A stretch of 64,000 nucleotides of DNA from Deltaproteobacteria bacterium (lineage in GTDB: Bacteria; Desulfobacterota_D; UBA1144; Nemesobacterales; CSP1-2). The stretch is taken from assembly GCA_052390235.1 (NCBI GenBank), contig JBQTHB010000002.1:128001-192000 (forward strand), written 5' to 3'. The translations under genes were made by a program, and so were the position numbers. Positions 12,908 to 22,324 of the stretch are shown here, piece by piece; position 1 is the stretch's first letter, and each line of letters opens with the position of its first letter. The notes under the pieces were generated by a model that was not told where the DNA came from, ran no database searches, and saw nothing but the letters and a program-made list of their open reading frames with translations.

Positions 12908-14044
12908 CTAGAACCTCTTCTGCTGTGGAAGGGGGATTGATCCGAGCGAGCCGGATTGATTTTTGCCCGTCTGCGCCGCCTCTATTATCACTCGGTCTCC
13001 CTCGCGCAGGTTACCCTCAAGCAACTCGGCGAAGGAGTCGTCGCTCACTCCCGTGAGAACTGAAACCCTCTTAATTTGGGTGTTTGCCGACGGAGCCCAC
13101 ACGCCCGTCCCCGCGCTGGATTCCTCGAATTTCCCCTCAATCAGAGCCGACGGAGGGGGAATGAACCTAAGTGCCGCTCTTGGAAGCCGCAGAGCCTGCT
13201 TTCGCTCGGCAACGAGGATTCGTACCTCGGCCGTCATTCCGGGCTTGAGTTTAAGCTCGCCGTTGTCAACTCGAATCCCTACGTCGTAGGTTACGACGTT
13301 GTTCGTTTTTACAGGCTCGTTTTTGATTGTCTCCACGGTAGCCTCGAAAATTTGATTTGGATACGCGTCAACGCCGAATCTGGCGGGCTGTCCCTCTTGG
13401 ACGCGCCCGATGTCTGCCTCGCTCACATGAGCATCGAGCCTGAGAGTGGACAAATCCCCGGCGACGGTGAACGAGTATTCTGCCGTCTGCCCGATGCTTG
13501 CGTTCTGCGAGATGACCACACCGTCTATAGGGGATCGTAGGGTACTTGCGGAAAGCGCGTCCAGCGAGGCGAGAAGCTCGGCTTTAGCCTGCGCTATTGC
13601 CGCCTCAGCCGCGGAGAGCTTTGCTTTAGAATCGTCGTATTCCTCTCTGGAAATGAGCCTTTTTGCGTAGAGGACTTCGTTTGATTTAAGTACGGATTCG
13701 GCAATCTCCGAGTTTGTGCGGGCTTTTTTGAGGTCTGCTTCCGCCTGCGCCACTTTTGCCCGAAGAGGGGATGAGTCAACGTCGGCGAGAGGGTCTCCTT
13801 TCTTTACAGTTGAGTTAACCTCGGCATAGAGGTTTTTAATTGCGCCGCCCTGGGCGCCTCGTACTACCGCGGTGGATGTGGGGGCGAGCGTGCCGGTGGC
13901 TGTTACATAAGCCGATATATCTCCCCTGTCAATCTCTACGGTCTTGTATATGACGGACACCTCTCTGCCGCCGAAAAACAGGGGATAGGCGAAAATAAGG
14001 GCGGCGAGCGCGAGGGCTATTGCTAAAACTGTTTTCTTGGTCAT
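12908..14044 (-). CDS. Efflux periplasmic adaptor subunit (MacA/HlyD-like)
   Basis: N-terminal anchor, lipoyl halves (VKKGDPLA, RSPIDGVV), VSEADIG, FGVDAYP, LKPGMTA. Confidence 0.93.
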   Translation of the reverse strand: MTKKTVLAIALALAALIFAYPLFFGGREVSVIYKTVEIDRGDISAYVTATGTLAPTSTAVVRGAQGGAIKNLYAEVNSTVKKGDPLADVDSSPLRAKVAQAEADLKKARTNSEIAESVLKSNEVLYAKRLISREEYDDSKAKLSAAEAAIAQAKAELLASLDALSASTLRSPIDGVVISQNASIGQTAEYSFTVAGDLSTLRLDAHVSEADIGRVQEGQPARFGVDAYPNQIFEATVETIKNEPVKTNNVVTYDVGIRVDNGELKLKPGMTAEVRILVAERKQALRLPRAALRFIPPPSALIEGKFEESSAGTGVWAPSANTQIKRVSVLTGVSDDSFAELLEGNLREGDRVIIEAAQTGKNQSGSLGSIPLPQQKRF

Positions 14045-15276
14045 TCTCCCAGTTCCTCTCCAGTTGCTCTCTCGAGCTTTGAGACGGCTATTTTGTAGCT
14101 ATATATTGCCTCGCAGAGGTTTGCCTCGACCTGAGCGGCGAGCGCTTCGGCTTCGGCAAGCTCTAGGTTTGAACCCCTCTGAAGGCGGTATCTCTCTTTA
14201 GCGAGCTTGAGGGTCTCTTCCGCCGAGTATTTGGATAACTCCATCACACCTATAGCCTCCTGCGCAGATTTGAGATTGAGGTAGTGCCGCTTTATCTCGA
14301 GAGCGATTTCTCCTCTTGACGCCTCGATGTCGGCTTCGATTCGCTTTAGTTTCGCGCTCGATTCGCTTACGCCGGCGAGGTGAGAGAGTCCGGTAAAAAG
14401 CGGAAATCTCACGCCTAAGCCCGCTATGAAGTCCGGTCCCGTTGCGCCTTTGCCCTCGAATCTGTAGGCGGCTCTGCCCAGCACTTGAGGGAAGTAGAGA
14501 TTATTTTTCGATGCGAGGAGGTCGGCTTTGAATCCGACTTCCTTAGCCCGCAGGCTCTGCAGTTCCGGGCGAGTGAGAAGGGCGTTGCTGATGGAGTTCT
14601 CGAGATTAATATTGATTTTATTATATTCCAGCGCGTCCACGAGTTCATAGGCGAAGCCCTCGGTCAAACCCATTAGGGTTGCAAGCTCGGCTTTGGCAAT
14701 TTCAAACCCGTTATCCGCGTTTATGACTGCGAGCTTTGAAGCGCCTAAATCCACTTTCGCGCGCGCCAGGTCTATATTTGAGCCCCTGCCGGCTTTAAAA
14801 AAACCCTCGACCCTCGCGAGGCGCGCCTCCTGCTCGGCTACGCTTTTTTGGGCAGCCTGCCGCGCGTGTTTTCGGGAAAGAGTCGTGTAGTAGGCGATTT
14901 TCGTATTCAGCGCGAGGTCTTTTTCAGACGTCGAGCGGTCGAATCTGGTGGATTCGAGGAGCGCCTTGCTCGCTTTAATGAGGCTCGGGGTGCGCCAGAA
15001 ATCCCATATAAGCTGGTCTATAAAAACACCGGATTCCCGCTCGATAAAGGGGATGATGAACCGGAACTCGATTTGCGGATAGAGAACCGACTGCGCTGAA
15101 CGGAGCTTAGCCTGCATAACCTCGACCGAGGCTTCTAACGCTTCAATGCGCGGATTCTTTTGAAGAGCTATACTGACGGCTTCATCAATCGTAAGTGGGG
15201 GCAGCGCCTCTGCGCCAACGACTCTGCCGATAGTAAGAAAAATCAGCATTGCCGTGGTAATTATCAGTTTCATCAT
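14041..15276 (-). CDS. TolC family outer-membrane efflux protein
   Basis: Signal peptide, LTIDEAVSIALQKNP, RPEL and C-terminal LERATG pattern; operon with adaptor and ATPase. Confidence 0.88.
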   Translation of the reverse strand: MMKLIITTAMLIFLTIGRVVGAEALPPLTIDEAVSIALQKNPRIEALEASVEVMQAKLRSAQSVLYPQIEFRFIIPFIERESGVFIDQLIWDFWRTPSLIKASKALLESTRFDRSTSEKDLALNTKIAYYTTLSRKHARQAAQKSVAEQEARLARVEGFFKAGRGSNIDLARAKVDLGASKLAVINADNGFEIAKAELATLMGLTEGFAYELVDALEYNKININLENSISNALLTRPELQSLRAKEVGFKADLLASKNNLYFPQVLGRAAYRFEGKGATGPDFIAGLGVRFPLFTGLSHLAGVSESSAKLKRIEADIEASRGEIALEIKRHYLNLKSAQEAIGVMELSKYSAEETLKLAKERYRLQRGSNLELAEAEALAAQVEANLCEAIYSYKIAVSKLERATGEELGE

Positions 15277-15550
15277 TCCTGCATCGCCTCCGCTTCGAGC
15301 GACTTATAATATGCCTGAATCCTGCCGCGAATAAAAATTCTATTTATCTCCAACGCACAGAGGCGCAGAGAAGAGAGTCCCAGCCACTGCTTTTGGTCTT
15401 CAGACTACGAACTTGAAAAAGGGGTTTGCCATGCTCAGCGAAAACTCTGCCAGAATTTTGAAGTGGATTCCTCGCAGATTCATCCGGGAAATGCCTAGCG
15501 CTTAAGGCGCTCTTGCGGTTAGCGCTGTCTCTATCTCACATCGTGAAATC

Positions 15551-15579
15551 TTGCAACTTCCCCTCGGCTTGGATATTCT
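15551..15579 (+). promoter_or_regulatory. Sigma70 promoter 9 nt before the herA ATG
   Basis: TTGCAA-17-TATTCT; no SD before ATG 15589. Confidence 0.5.
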
Positions 15580-15588
15580 GAATCGGCG

Positions 15589-17211
15589 ATGGCTAAGGGC
15601 GGCAACAGGGAACTTGGGCTTATCACGGGCGGCTCGCTCGTAGAGGGGCTACGCATGAAGCTCGCCTCGGATAGGAGCATTGAAGAGGTCAAGGCTGGGA
15701 AATTTGTCGTCGTCTCTGGGATGATGCATAAATTCTTCTCGCTCATCACCGATGTGAGGCTCGACGCCTCTTCCCCGAATATTTTGATTAATCCCCCCTC
15801 GGCTAAGGATGAGGTGCTGAGACAGGTTCTCTCCGGCACAAGCGCTTACGCTACGGTTGAGCTCAAACCCATGCTGATGCTCACGCAGAAGGACAACGAG
15901 CCGAAGCCGGTAAAAACCATCCCGCCGCATTTTTCCTTTGTTTCCGAAGCCACCGAGGACGACGTCAATACCGTTTTCGGGCGCGAGGACGACGCAGGCG
16001 GGTTTTTTAACATCGGCTCTCCACTGGATATGGACACTCCCGTGTGTCTCAGCCTCGATAGGTTCGTCGAGCGGAGCAACGGGATATTCGGTAAAAGCGG
16101 CACGGGAAAGACATTTCTCACGAGGGTAATGCTCGCCGGCATAATTAAATACAGCAAAGCCGTAAATCTCATTTTTGATATGCACAACGAATACGGCTGG
16201 GATTCAAAGCGAGAAGGAGGCGGCTTTGTAAAGGGATTAAAGCAGCTCTTCCCGGAGAGGGTTTCGATATTCTCCCTAGACCCCAAGTCAACCGCCCGCC
16301 GGGGGGCGAAGTGCGACGTAGAGGTTTATATATCGCTTGACCAGATTGATATAGAGGATATTGCGCTTCTTCAGGACGAGCTTCAGCTTCACGCAACGGC
16401 TATGGAGTCGGCTTACGCCATTTATAGACAGCACGGCGAGAGGTGGCTTACGGAGCTTCTGTCATGGAATCAGGACGATATGCCGGAAATCGCCAAGGGA
16501 TTGGGGGCGCATCAGTCCTCGCTTGCCGCGCTCTACAGGAAACTCGTCATGCTCAGGAAACTCCCCTTTATCGTGGACGACCGCACAAAGGGCGAAGGGG
16601 CGATAAAGAAAATTATAGATTACCTTGGACACGGGATAAACGTCGTGCTTGAATTCGGCAAAAGCAACAACGCCCTCGCCTATCTGCTCGTGGCAAATAT
16701 CGTCTCGCGCAGGATTCACGACTACTACATCGACCGAACCGAGAACTACTACGCCACGCGAGATCCCGCTGACCAGCCCAAGCAACTTATGATAACCATC
16801 GAGGAAGCGCACAAATTTCTAAACCCCCAGACGGCGAAGCAGACCATTTTCGGCACCATCGCGCGCGAGCTTCGTAAATACTCCGTTACCATGATGATAG
16901 TTGACCAGAGACCCTCGGGCATTGACGACGAGGTCATATCCCAAGTGGGGACGAGAATCACTGCCCTTCTCAACGACGAGAGAGATATTCAATCCGTCCT
17001 AACCGGCGTGAGCAACACATCGGGTCTTAGAGCCGTTCTCGCAAGCCTCGACACCAAACAGCAAGCCCTCATCCTCGGACACGCCGTCCCCATGCCGGTG
17101 GTGATAAAGACCAGAGATTATGACCAGAGGTTTTATCGGGAAATCTCGGCGGCTTTGGGCGGCGAGGGGACGGTTCGAAATAGTATCCGAGACATTTACG
17201 GGGAAGACTAA
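15589..17211 (+). CDS. HerA-like ATPase (HAS barrel plus DUF87/FtsK-HerA domain)
   Basis: GKSGTGKT Walker A, FDMHNEY, IEEAH Walker B, ARELRKY, DQRPS. Confidence 0.88.
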   Translation: MAKGGNRELGLITGGSLVEGLRMKLASDRSIEEVKAGKFVVVSGMMHKFFSLITDVRLDASSPNILINPPSAKDEVLRQVLSGTSAYATVELKPMLMLTQKDNEPKPVKTIPPHFSFVSEATEDDVNTVFGREDDAGGFFNIGSPLDMDTPVCLSLDRFVERSNGIFGKSGTGKTFLTRVMLAGIIKYSKAVNLIFDMHNEYGWDSKREGGGFVKGLKQLFPERVSIFSLDPKSTARRGAKCDVEVYISLDQIDIEDIALLQDELQLHATAMESAYAIYRQHGERWLTELLSWNQDDMPEIAKGLGAHQSSLAALYRKLVMLRKLPFIVDDRTKGEGAIKKIIDYLGHGINVVLEFGKSNNALAYLLVANIVSRRIHDYYIDRTENYYATRDPADQPKQLMITIEEAHKFLNPQTAKQTIFGTIARELRKYSVTMMIVDQRPSGIDDEVISQVGTRITALLNDERDIQSVLTGVSNTSGLRAVLASLDTKQQALILGHAVPMPVVIKTRDYDQRFYREISAALGGEGTVRNSIRDIYGED

Positions 17212-17268
17212 ATGTAGTTGTAGAATTATCTATGAAATTCCCCTTTATCCGGCGCTCTCGCTAAAGCG

Positions 17269-17308
17269 AAAAAACCCTGAGAGCGTTGTTGGCGCACACT
17301 CCCAGGGT
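17269..17308 (-). terminator. Intrinsic terminator between convergent genes
   Basis: On the minus strand ACCCTGGGAG...CTCTCAGGGT followed by a T-run. Confidence 0.6.
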
Positions 17309-17344
17309 CTCTCCATAATTGCGTAGAATTTATCGCGCTCTGCT

Positions 17345-18346
17345 CTATCGGTTTAGATTCACCACGACTCTGCCCCTCTGTTTGCCCTGAACGATGAGGT
17401 CAATCTCAGCGCTTAGCTCGTCGAGCGACACCTCTTTGGCTATTTTCTCAAGCGAGTCAATCTTCCAGATTGCCGCTATTCTCTCCCACGTCGCGGATTT
17501 CTCGGCTACCGGGCGGTTGGCGGAATCCACGCCCACAAGGGTTACCCCGCGCAGGATGAACGGATATACATTTAGATTTAAATCCCCCGATGCCGCATTG
17601 CCGCAGCACGAGACCGTGCCGTCGTACTTGGTCGCTTTAACCGCCGTGGCGAGGATATCCCCCCCGACGGTATCCACCACTCCAGCCCAGCGCCCTCTTA
17701 AAAGGGGTCTGCCGGAGGAGTCCTTCGCCTCTTCCCTGCCGATAATCTCTCTGGCTCCCAGCTCGGTTAGCCATTGCTTCTCCTCGGGCTTTCCCGTTAC
17801 AGCGGCGACGGCGAATCCCAATTTCGCGAGAATCCCGATGGCGATACTCCCAACCCCTCCGGTTGCGCCGGTAACGAGAACCTCGCCTTGCTCCGGCTTT
17901 ACGCCGTTTTTGAGGAGTTTTTCGACGCACAGGGCGGCGGTAAGCCCGGCAGTTCCGTAAATCATACTCTCTCTGAGCGATAAATTTTCGGGGAGCCTCG
18001 CCGCCCATTCAGACGGCACTTTGATGAATTGCCCAAACCCTCCTGATACGCTAGAGCCGAGTTCAAAGCCGGTTACGATGACCCTATCGCCCGGAGTGAA
18101 TTTGCCGCTCGCGCATTCTTCGACTACCCCTGCGGCGTCAATTCCCGGGGTGTGGGGATAGGTTTTTGTAACCCCTCGGTTGCCGGACGCCGAGAGCCCG
18201 TCTTTGTAGTTCAGAGACGAGTAATGCACCCTGATGAGAGCGTCTCCTTTGGGAAGTTCTCCGGTGGATTTCTCTTTAACGGTTCTCGTAAATTTCTCTT
18301 TTTCAACCTCTTCGACGACCATAGCTCTGAAATTAATATTGCCCAT
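17345..18346 (-). CDS. YhdH/AcuI family NADPH-dependent oxidoreductase (MDR)
   Basis: YSSLNYKD, PGIDAAG, GTAGLTA, TGATGGVGS, PFILRGV. Confidence 0.92.
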   Translation of the reverse strand: MGNINFRAMVVEEVEKEKFTRTVKEKSTGELPKGDALIRVHYSSLNYKDGLSASGNRGVTKTYPHTPGIDAAGVVEECASGKFTPGDRVIVTGFELGSSVSGGFGQFIKVPSEWAARLPENLSLRESMIYGTAGLTAALCVEKLLKNGVKPEQGEVLVTGATGGVGSIAIGILAKLGFAVAAVTGKPEEKQWLTELGAREIIGREEAKDSSGRPLLRGRWAGVVDTVGGDILATAVKATKYDGTVSCCGNAASGDLNLNVYPFILRGVTLVGVDSANRPVAEKSATWERIAAIWKIDSLEKIAKEVSLDELSAEIDLIVQGKQRGRVVVNLNR

Positions 18347-18449
18347 TGGTTCTCCTTTTGGTGTTTTATAAAACTCTCATAAGCGGATGATTTTATATTT
18401 AAAGCGGTTTTCAAGGCTTAGGTTTTTATTGCGTTTATCCCCTAGCGGT

Positions 18450-19832
18450 TTACCACGCGGCGACCTCTTTCTTGCTTTCCTCAATCATTTTCAACACGCA
18501 TTCGCCCGCCGTGCCGCCATAAGATTTCCTGCTCGAAATCGAGCCGTCAACAGTGATGAAGTTAAATACGTCCTCTTCGAGAAGCTCGGAGAACCTGCGA
18601 AGCTCGGATAAATTAAGCTCAGCCAGTTCTCTTCGCCCCCCCTCGGCGTACCGGACGATTTTCCCCGCAACCTCGTGGGCTTCTCTAAAGGGCATCCCCT
18701 TTCGCGCGAGGTAGTCGGCAACGTCGGTGGCGGTGATAAACCCTCCCGATAGGGCTTTGCTCATGCCGTCGGGCTTGAAGGTTATGTGTTTCATCATCTC
18801 GACGAGGACTTCGAGGGATGATTTCACGATGTCTGCCGTGGAGAACATCGGCTCTTTGTCGTCCTGCATATCGCGGTTATAGGATAACGGCAGTCCCTTC
18901 ATAAGCGTGAGGATTGATATGAGATTGCCATAGACCTTGGCGCATTTGCCCCGCAGAAGCTCGGCTATGTCCGGGTTTCTTTTCTGCGGCATGATGCTTG
19001 AGCCGGTTGTAAATTCATCGCCGAGGTCAACGAAATCGAACTCTCTGGTTGACCAAAGCACGAGTTCTTCGGCGAGGCGGCTTATGTGGCTCATTAAAAT
19101 GGATGAAACCGAGATGAACTCGATAATGAAATCCCTATCGCTTACGGTGTCAATACTGTTTTTCGTAACTTCGGGGAATCCGAGGGCGCGCGCGACGTAG
19201 CCCCTATCAATGGGAAATGAGGTTCCAGCCCCTGCGCCTGCGCCGAGCGGCATGACGTTAATCCGCCGTAGGCAGTCGGTAAAGCGCTCTCTGTCGCGCC
19301 GGAGCATCTCAAAATAGGCAAGCAGGTGGTGGGCGAGAATTACGGGCTGTCCCCTCTGAATGTGCGTATAGAGCGGGAGCGCTACATCACTGTGCCTTTC
19401 AGCGAGGCTGACGAATTCGGCGGCGAGGGATTTTATCATCGCCAGAATTGCGGTGGACTGGCGTCTTAGGTACAGGCGCTCATCGAGGGCGATTTGGTCG
19501 TTGCGGCTACGGGCGGTGTGGAGTTTCCCGCCGATGTCGCCTATTTTTTCGATGAGCCGTTTTTCGATGTTCAGGTGTATGTCCTCGAACTGTTCTCTGA
19601 ATGGGAAGGAGCCGCTTTCGATTTCTTTCTCGATACTTTTGAGTCCCTTCACTATGGCGGTGGCTTCTTTTTTGGGAATAATTTTGGTCTCGCCGAGCAT
19701 TCTGGCATGGGCGATGCTCCCTTCGATGTCTTCTAAGTAGAGCCTCTTATCGAAGTCTATGGAAGCCGAGAATTTCTCAGCCGTTTTATGGGGTTTTTTG
19801 GCGAACCGCCCCCCCCATGGTTTCTTGAACAA
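18450..19832 (-). CDS. argH: Argininosuccinate lyase
   Basis: WGGRF, HTARSRNDQ, GSSIMPQKRNPD, YNRDMQ; TTG start with GGAGG. Confidence 0.97.
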   Translation of the reverse strand: MFKKPWGGRFAKKPHKTAEKFSASIDFDKRLYLEDIEGSIAHARMLGETKIIPKKEATAIVKGLKSIEKEIESGSFPFREQFEDIHLNIEKRLIEKIGDIGGKLHTARSRNDQIALDERLYLRRQSTAILAMIKSLAAEFVSLAERHSDVALPLYTHIQRGQPVILAHHLLAYFEMLRRDRERFTDCLRRINVMPLGAGAGAGTSFPIDRGYVARALGFPEVTKNSIDTVSDRDFIIEFISVSSILMSHISRLAEELVLWSTREFDFVDLGDEFTTGSSIMPQKRNPDIAELLRGKCAKVYGNLISILTLMKGLPLSYNRDMQDDKEPMFSTADIVKSSLEVLVEMMKHITFKPDGMSKALSGGFITATDVADYLARKGMPFREAHEVAGKIVRYAEGGRRELAELNLSELRRFSELLEEDVFNFITVDGSISSRKSYGGTAGECVLKMIEESKKEVAAW

Positions 19833-19970
19833 TGTTGGTATCCTCCAGAAATAGTCATTAATATTACCACTTTTTACACCGATTTTTATAACTCTGCCCC
19901 TCGTGATTTTTCGTTAATACCGCCCCTATCCCGAAGGGCGCCGCCGCAAGCGGGCGCTCTTAAAGCGGGC

Positions 19971-20000
19971 TGAAACTTTATTTCAATCAGGCGGTTTATA
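19971..20000 (+). promoter_or_regulatory. Candidate ECF-sigma promoter
   Basis: TGAAAC-N17-GTTTATA, same spacing as the motif before the ECF gene at 45235. Confidence 0.45.
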
Positions 20001-20033
20001 GATGTGAAGTCAAATTTAAGGAGGCGCATTGCA

Positions 20034-20744
20034 ATGAAAAATATAATTAAAAACGCGGCGTTAGCATTAATTCTCACGGCTGGCATCTCATCGGCAGCTG
20101 CCTTTGCCCAGTCCGCAGGCGATACAAAGGGGATTTATCAATATCCCTATAACGGCGGCTACGGGGTGGATAATCTCGTTTCAGGCGTAATATCCACTGC
20201 CCTAGGCATTGCCGGAGCCGCAATAGGCGCAACGGATAAAGGATTTAACCAGTACCCCTACGACTATAACTACCCAAACAACGGCGGCTACAACGACAAC
20301 TATTATGGGGATGATGACCGCAACGATTACCGTCGCGACCAGAGACAGCTCGCAAGAGCGGCGGCGGAGTTATTCGACGAGGCAAACCAGTTCTGGAAAC
20401 GCACGGACGAGGTCAGGGGCTATAACTTCATCTCCCAAGACGCGCGCCAATTTGCCCGCGACATAAGGGATTTTCGTCAGAGAGCCGAGCGCGGAACGAA
20501 TAGTAACTCTCTGGCTAGGGATTTTAGACAGCTTACAAACGAGTTCAGAATACTGAGGAATAATTTCTACTCGACTCACAGCAGATTCGGCGGGCGTAAC
20601 GTCCTCAGAGACTGGAGGGACGTTGAATCAGCTTGGGGACAGTTTAACTACACCTTCGCCGGAAATTATAATAATAACGGCAACTACTACGGAGGACGCC
20701 CCGGCTACGGTTTCGGATATAACGGAAAGGTCTATAATAAGTAA
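20034..20744 (+). CDS. Hypothetical secreted protein with Asn/Tyr/Gly-rich low-complexity segments
   Basis: AAGGAGG SD, ATG 20034, signal peptide ending AFA; central helical R/D/F-rich domain. Confidence 0.8.
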   Translation: MKNIIKNAALALILTAGISSAAAFAQSAGDTKGIYQYPYNGGYGVDNLVSGVISTALGIAGAAIGATDKGFNQYPYDYNYPNNGGYNDNYYGDDDRNDYRRDQRQLARAAAELFDEANQFWKRTDEVRGYNFISQDARQFARDIRDFRQRAERGTNSNSLARDFRQLTNEFRILRNNFYSTHSRFGGRNVLRDWRDVESAWGQFNYTFAGNYNNNGNYYGGRPGYGFGYNGKVYNK

Positions 20745-20798
20745 TTTAACGCTGATTACGAAGGGGGGATACTCTCTTTGCCTCCGCCGGATTTGAGG

Positions 20799-20874
<76 letters not shown>

Positions 20875-21010
20875 CACGCCGTGATATTATTGGCTCTGAT
20901 TCCTTTGTTGTCAAATTTTAAAACTTTATATAAAATACCGCTTCGTCGTCTAAATCGGGGGCGGCGCATTTAGGTCATCGGCGCGGCTAAAGCGAGGAGA
21001 TTTTCCAATT

Positions 21011-22309
21011 ATGAGCGCAATAAATTTCGGTCTTATCGGAGCTGGAACGGTCGGATGCGGCGTGGTGCGAATTATTCAAGACAGCGCGGGGGTTATTGAA
21101 AACCGCACTGGGGTCGGGCTTAGGATAAAGAAAATCGCTGACATTGACCCTGACAGGATAAGACCCGTGGACATCCCGAAGTCGCTTTTTACCAAAGACG
21201 CCTACGAGATAATCAACGATCCGTCTATAGATATTATCGTGGAGCTTATAGGCGGCACGACTATCGCAAGAGAGTTCATACTTGCCGCAATAAAACAGGG
21301 CAAACACGTAGTTACGGCAAATAAAGCCCTGCTTGCCCACGCCGGCGCGGAGATTTTTCAAGCCGCCGCTGAAAACGGGGTTGACGTCGGATTTGAGGCG
21401 AGCGTCGGCGGCGGTATTCCGATCATCAGAGCGATTCAGGAGGGGTACGTCGCTAACCGAATCACCTCGATTCGGGGGATTATTAACGGCACATCGAATT
21501 ATATTCTCTCGAAAATGACCGAAGAGGGCGGGAATTTTGCCGATGTGCTTGTTCAGGCTCAAGCCGTGGGATACGCCGAGGCAGACCCATCTTTCGATAT
21601 AGACGGGATTGACGCCGCTCATAAACTCTCGATACTCATGATGCTGTCGTTCGGCGCGTTTTTTAATTTCAGCGACATCCGAGTCGAAGGAATACGCCAC
21701 ATCACGCCGCTTGATATTGCCTTTGCCGACGAATTTGGCTATAGGATAAAACTCCTCGCAGTAGCCAAGGCGCGTGGAGGGGGCATAGAAGCCGCGGTTC
21801 GTCCGACGCTGATTCAAAAGGGCAACCCCCTTGCCGATGTTTCAGGGGCTTTTAACGCCATTCATATCGGAGGCGACGCCGTCGGCCCAACGATGCTCTA
21901 CGGAATGGGCGCGGGGATGATGCCTACGGCAAGCGCCGTGCTGAGCGACGTTGTGCATATTGCGAAAAACGCCGCGCTTAAGAACGTCCACTCCTCTGTT
22001 CCTAGGCTCTATAGCGCGGGTAGCCCGCTCCCGCTAATTCCTATGAGCGAGATAACCGGCAAATATTACCTCCGCTTCCAGCTCGAAGACCGCCCCGGAG
22101 TGCTTGGGCAGGTTGCCGGTACGCTCGGCAGAAACAACATAAGCATCGAATCTGTGATGCAAAAAACCAGACATGAGAACGGCGGCGACGTCCCTGTGGT
22201 GATAATGACCCACGAGGCTAGGGAAGTGGATATATCCAACGCGCTCAGAGAGATTGAATACGCAAACAGGGGCGGAAAAACCCTCCTGCTTAGGATTGAG
22301 GAGTTGTAG
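21011..22309 (+). CDS. hom: Homoserine dehydrogenase with ACT domain
   Basis: GAGTVG, VTANKAL, EASVGGGIP, NGTSNYIL, GYAEADP, DRPGVL. Confidence 0.96.
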   Translation: MSAINFGLIGAGTVGCGVVRIIQDSAGVIENRTGVGLRIKKIADIDPDRIRPVDIPKSLFTKDAYEIINDPSIDIIVELIGGTTIAREFILAAIKQGKHVVTANKALLAHAGAEIFQAAAENGVDVGFEASVGGGIPIIRAIQEGYVANRITSIRGIINGTSNYILSKMTEEGGNFADVLVQAQAVGYAEADPSFDIDGIDAAHKLSILMMLSFGAFFNFSDIRVEGIRHITPLDIAFADEFGYRIKLLAVAKARGGGIEAAVRPTLIQKGNPLADVSGAFNAIHIGGDAVGPTMLYGMGAGMMPTASAVLSDVVHIAKNAALKNVHSSVPRLYSAGSPLPLIPMSEITGKYYLRFQLEDRPGVLGQVAGTLGRNNISIESVMQKTRHENGGDVPVVIMTHEAREVDISNALREIEYANRGGKTLLLRIEEL

Positions 22310-22324
22310 AGATTTGCGGGTTAA

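Noticed and set aside
15350..15525. ACGCACAGAGGCGCAGAG motif and possible decayed small-gene remnant upstream of herA
   Set aside because: Single degenerate copy with no convincing complementary arm or ORF
17262..17320. Minus-strand GGAGAGA...CGCC...CTCTCAGG resembling a glycine riboswitch
   Set aside because: Too short, lacks the GAAG core, and lies 3' of convergent genes; a terminator explains it
19935..19960. GC-rich REP-like hairpin GGGCGCCGCCGCAAGCGGGCGCTCT
   Set aside because: One imperfect copy with no GTAG end or associated transposase; cannot be supported as a repeat family
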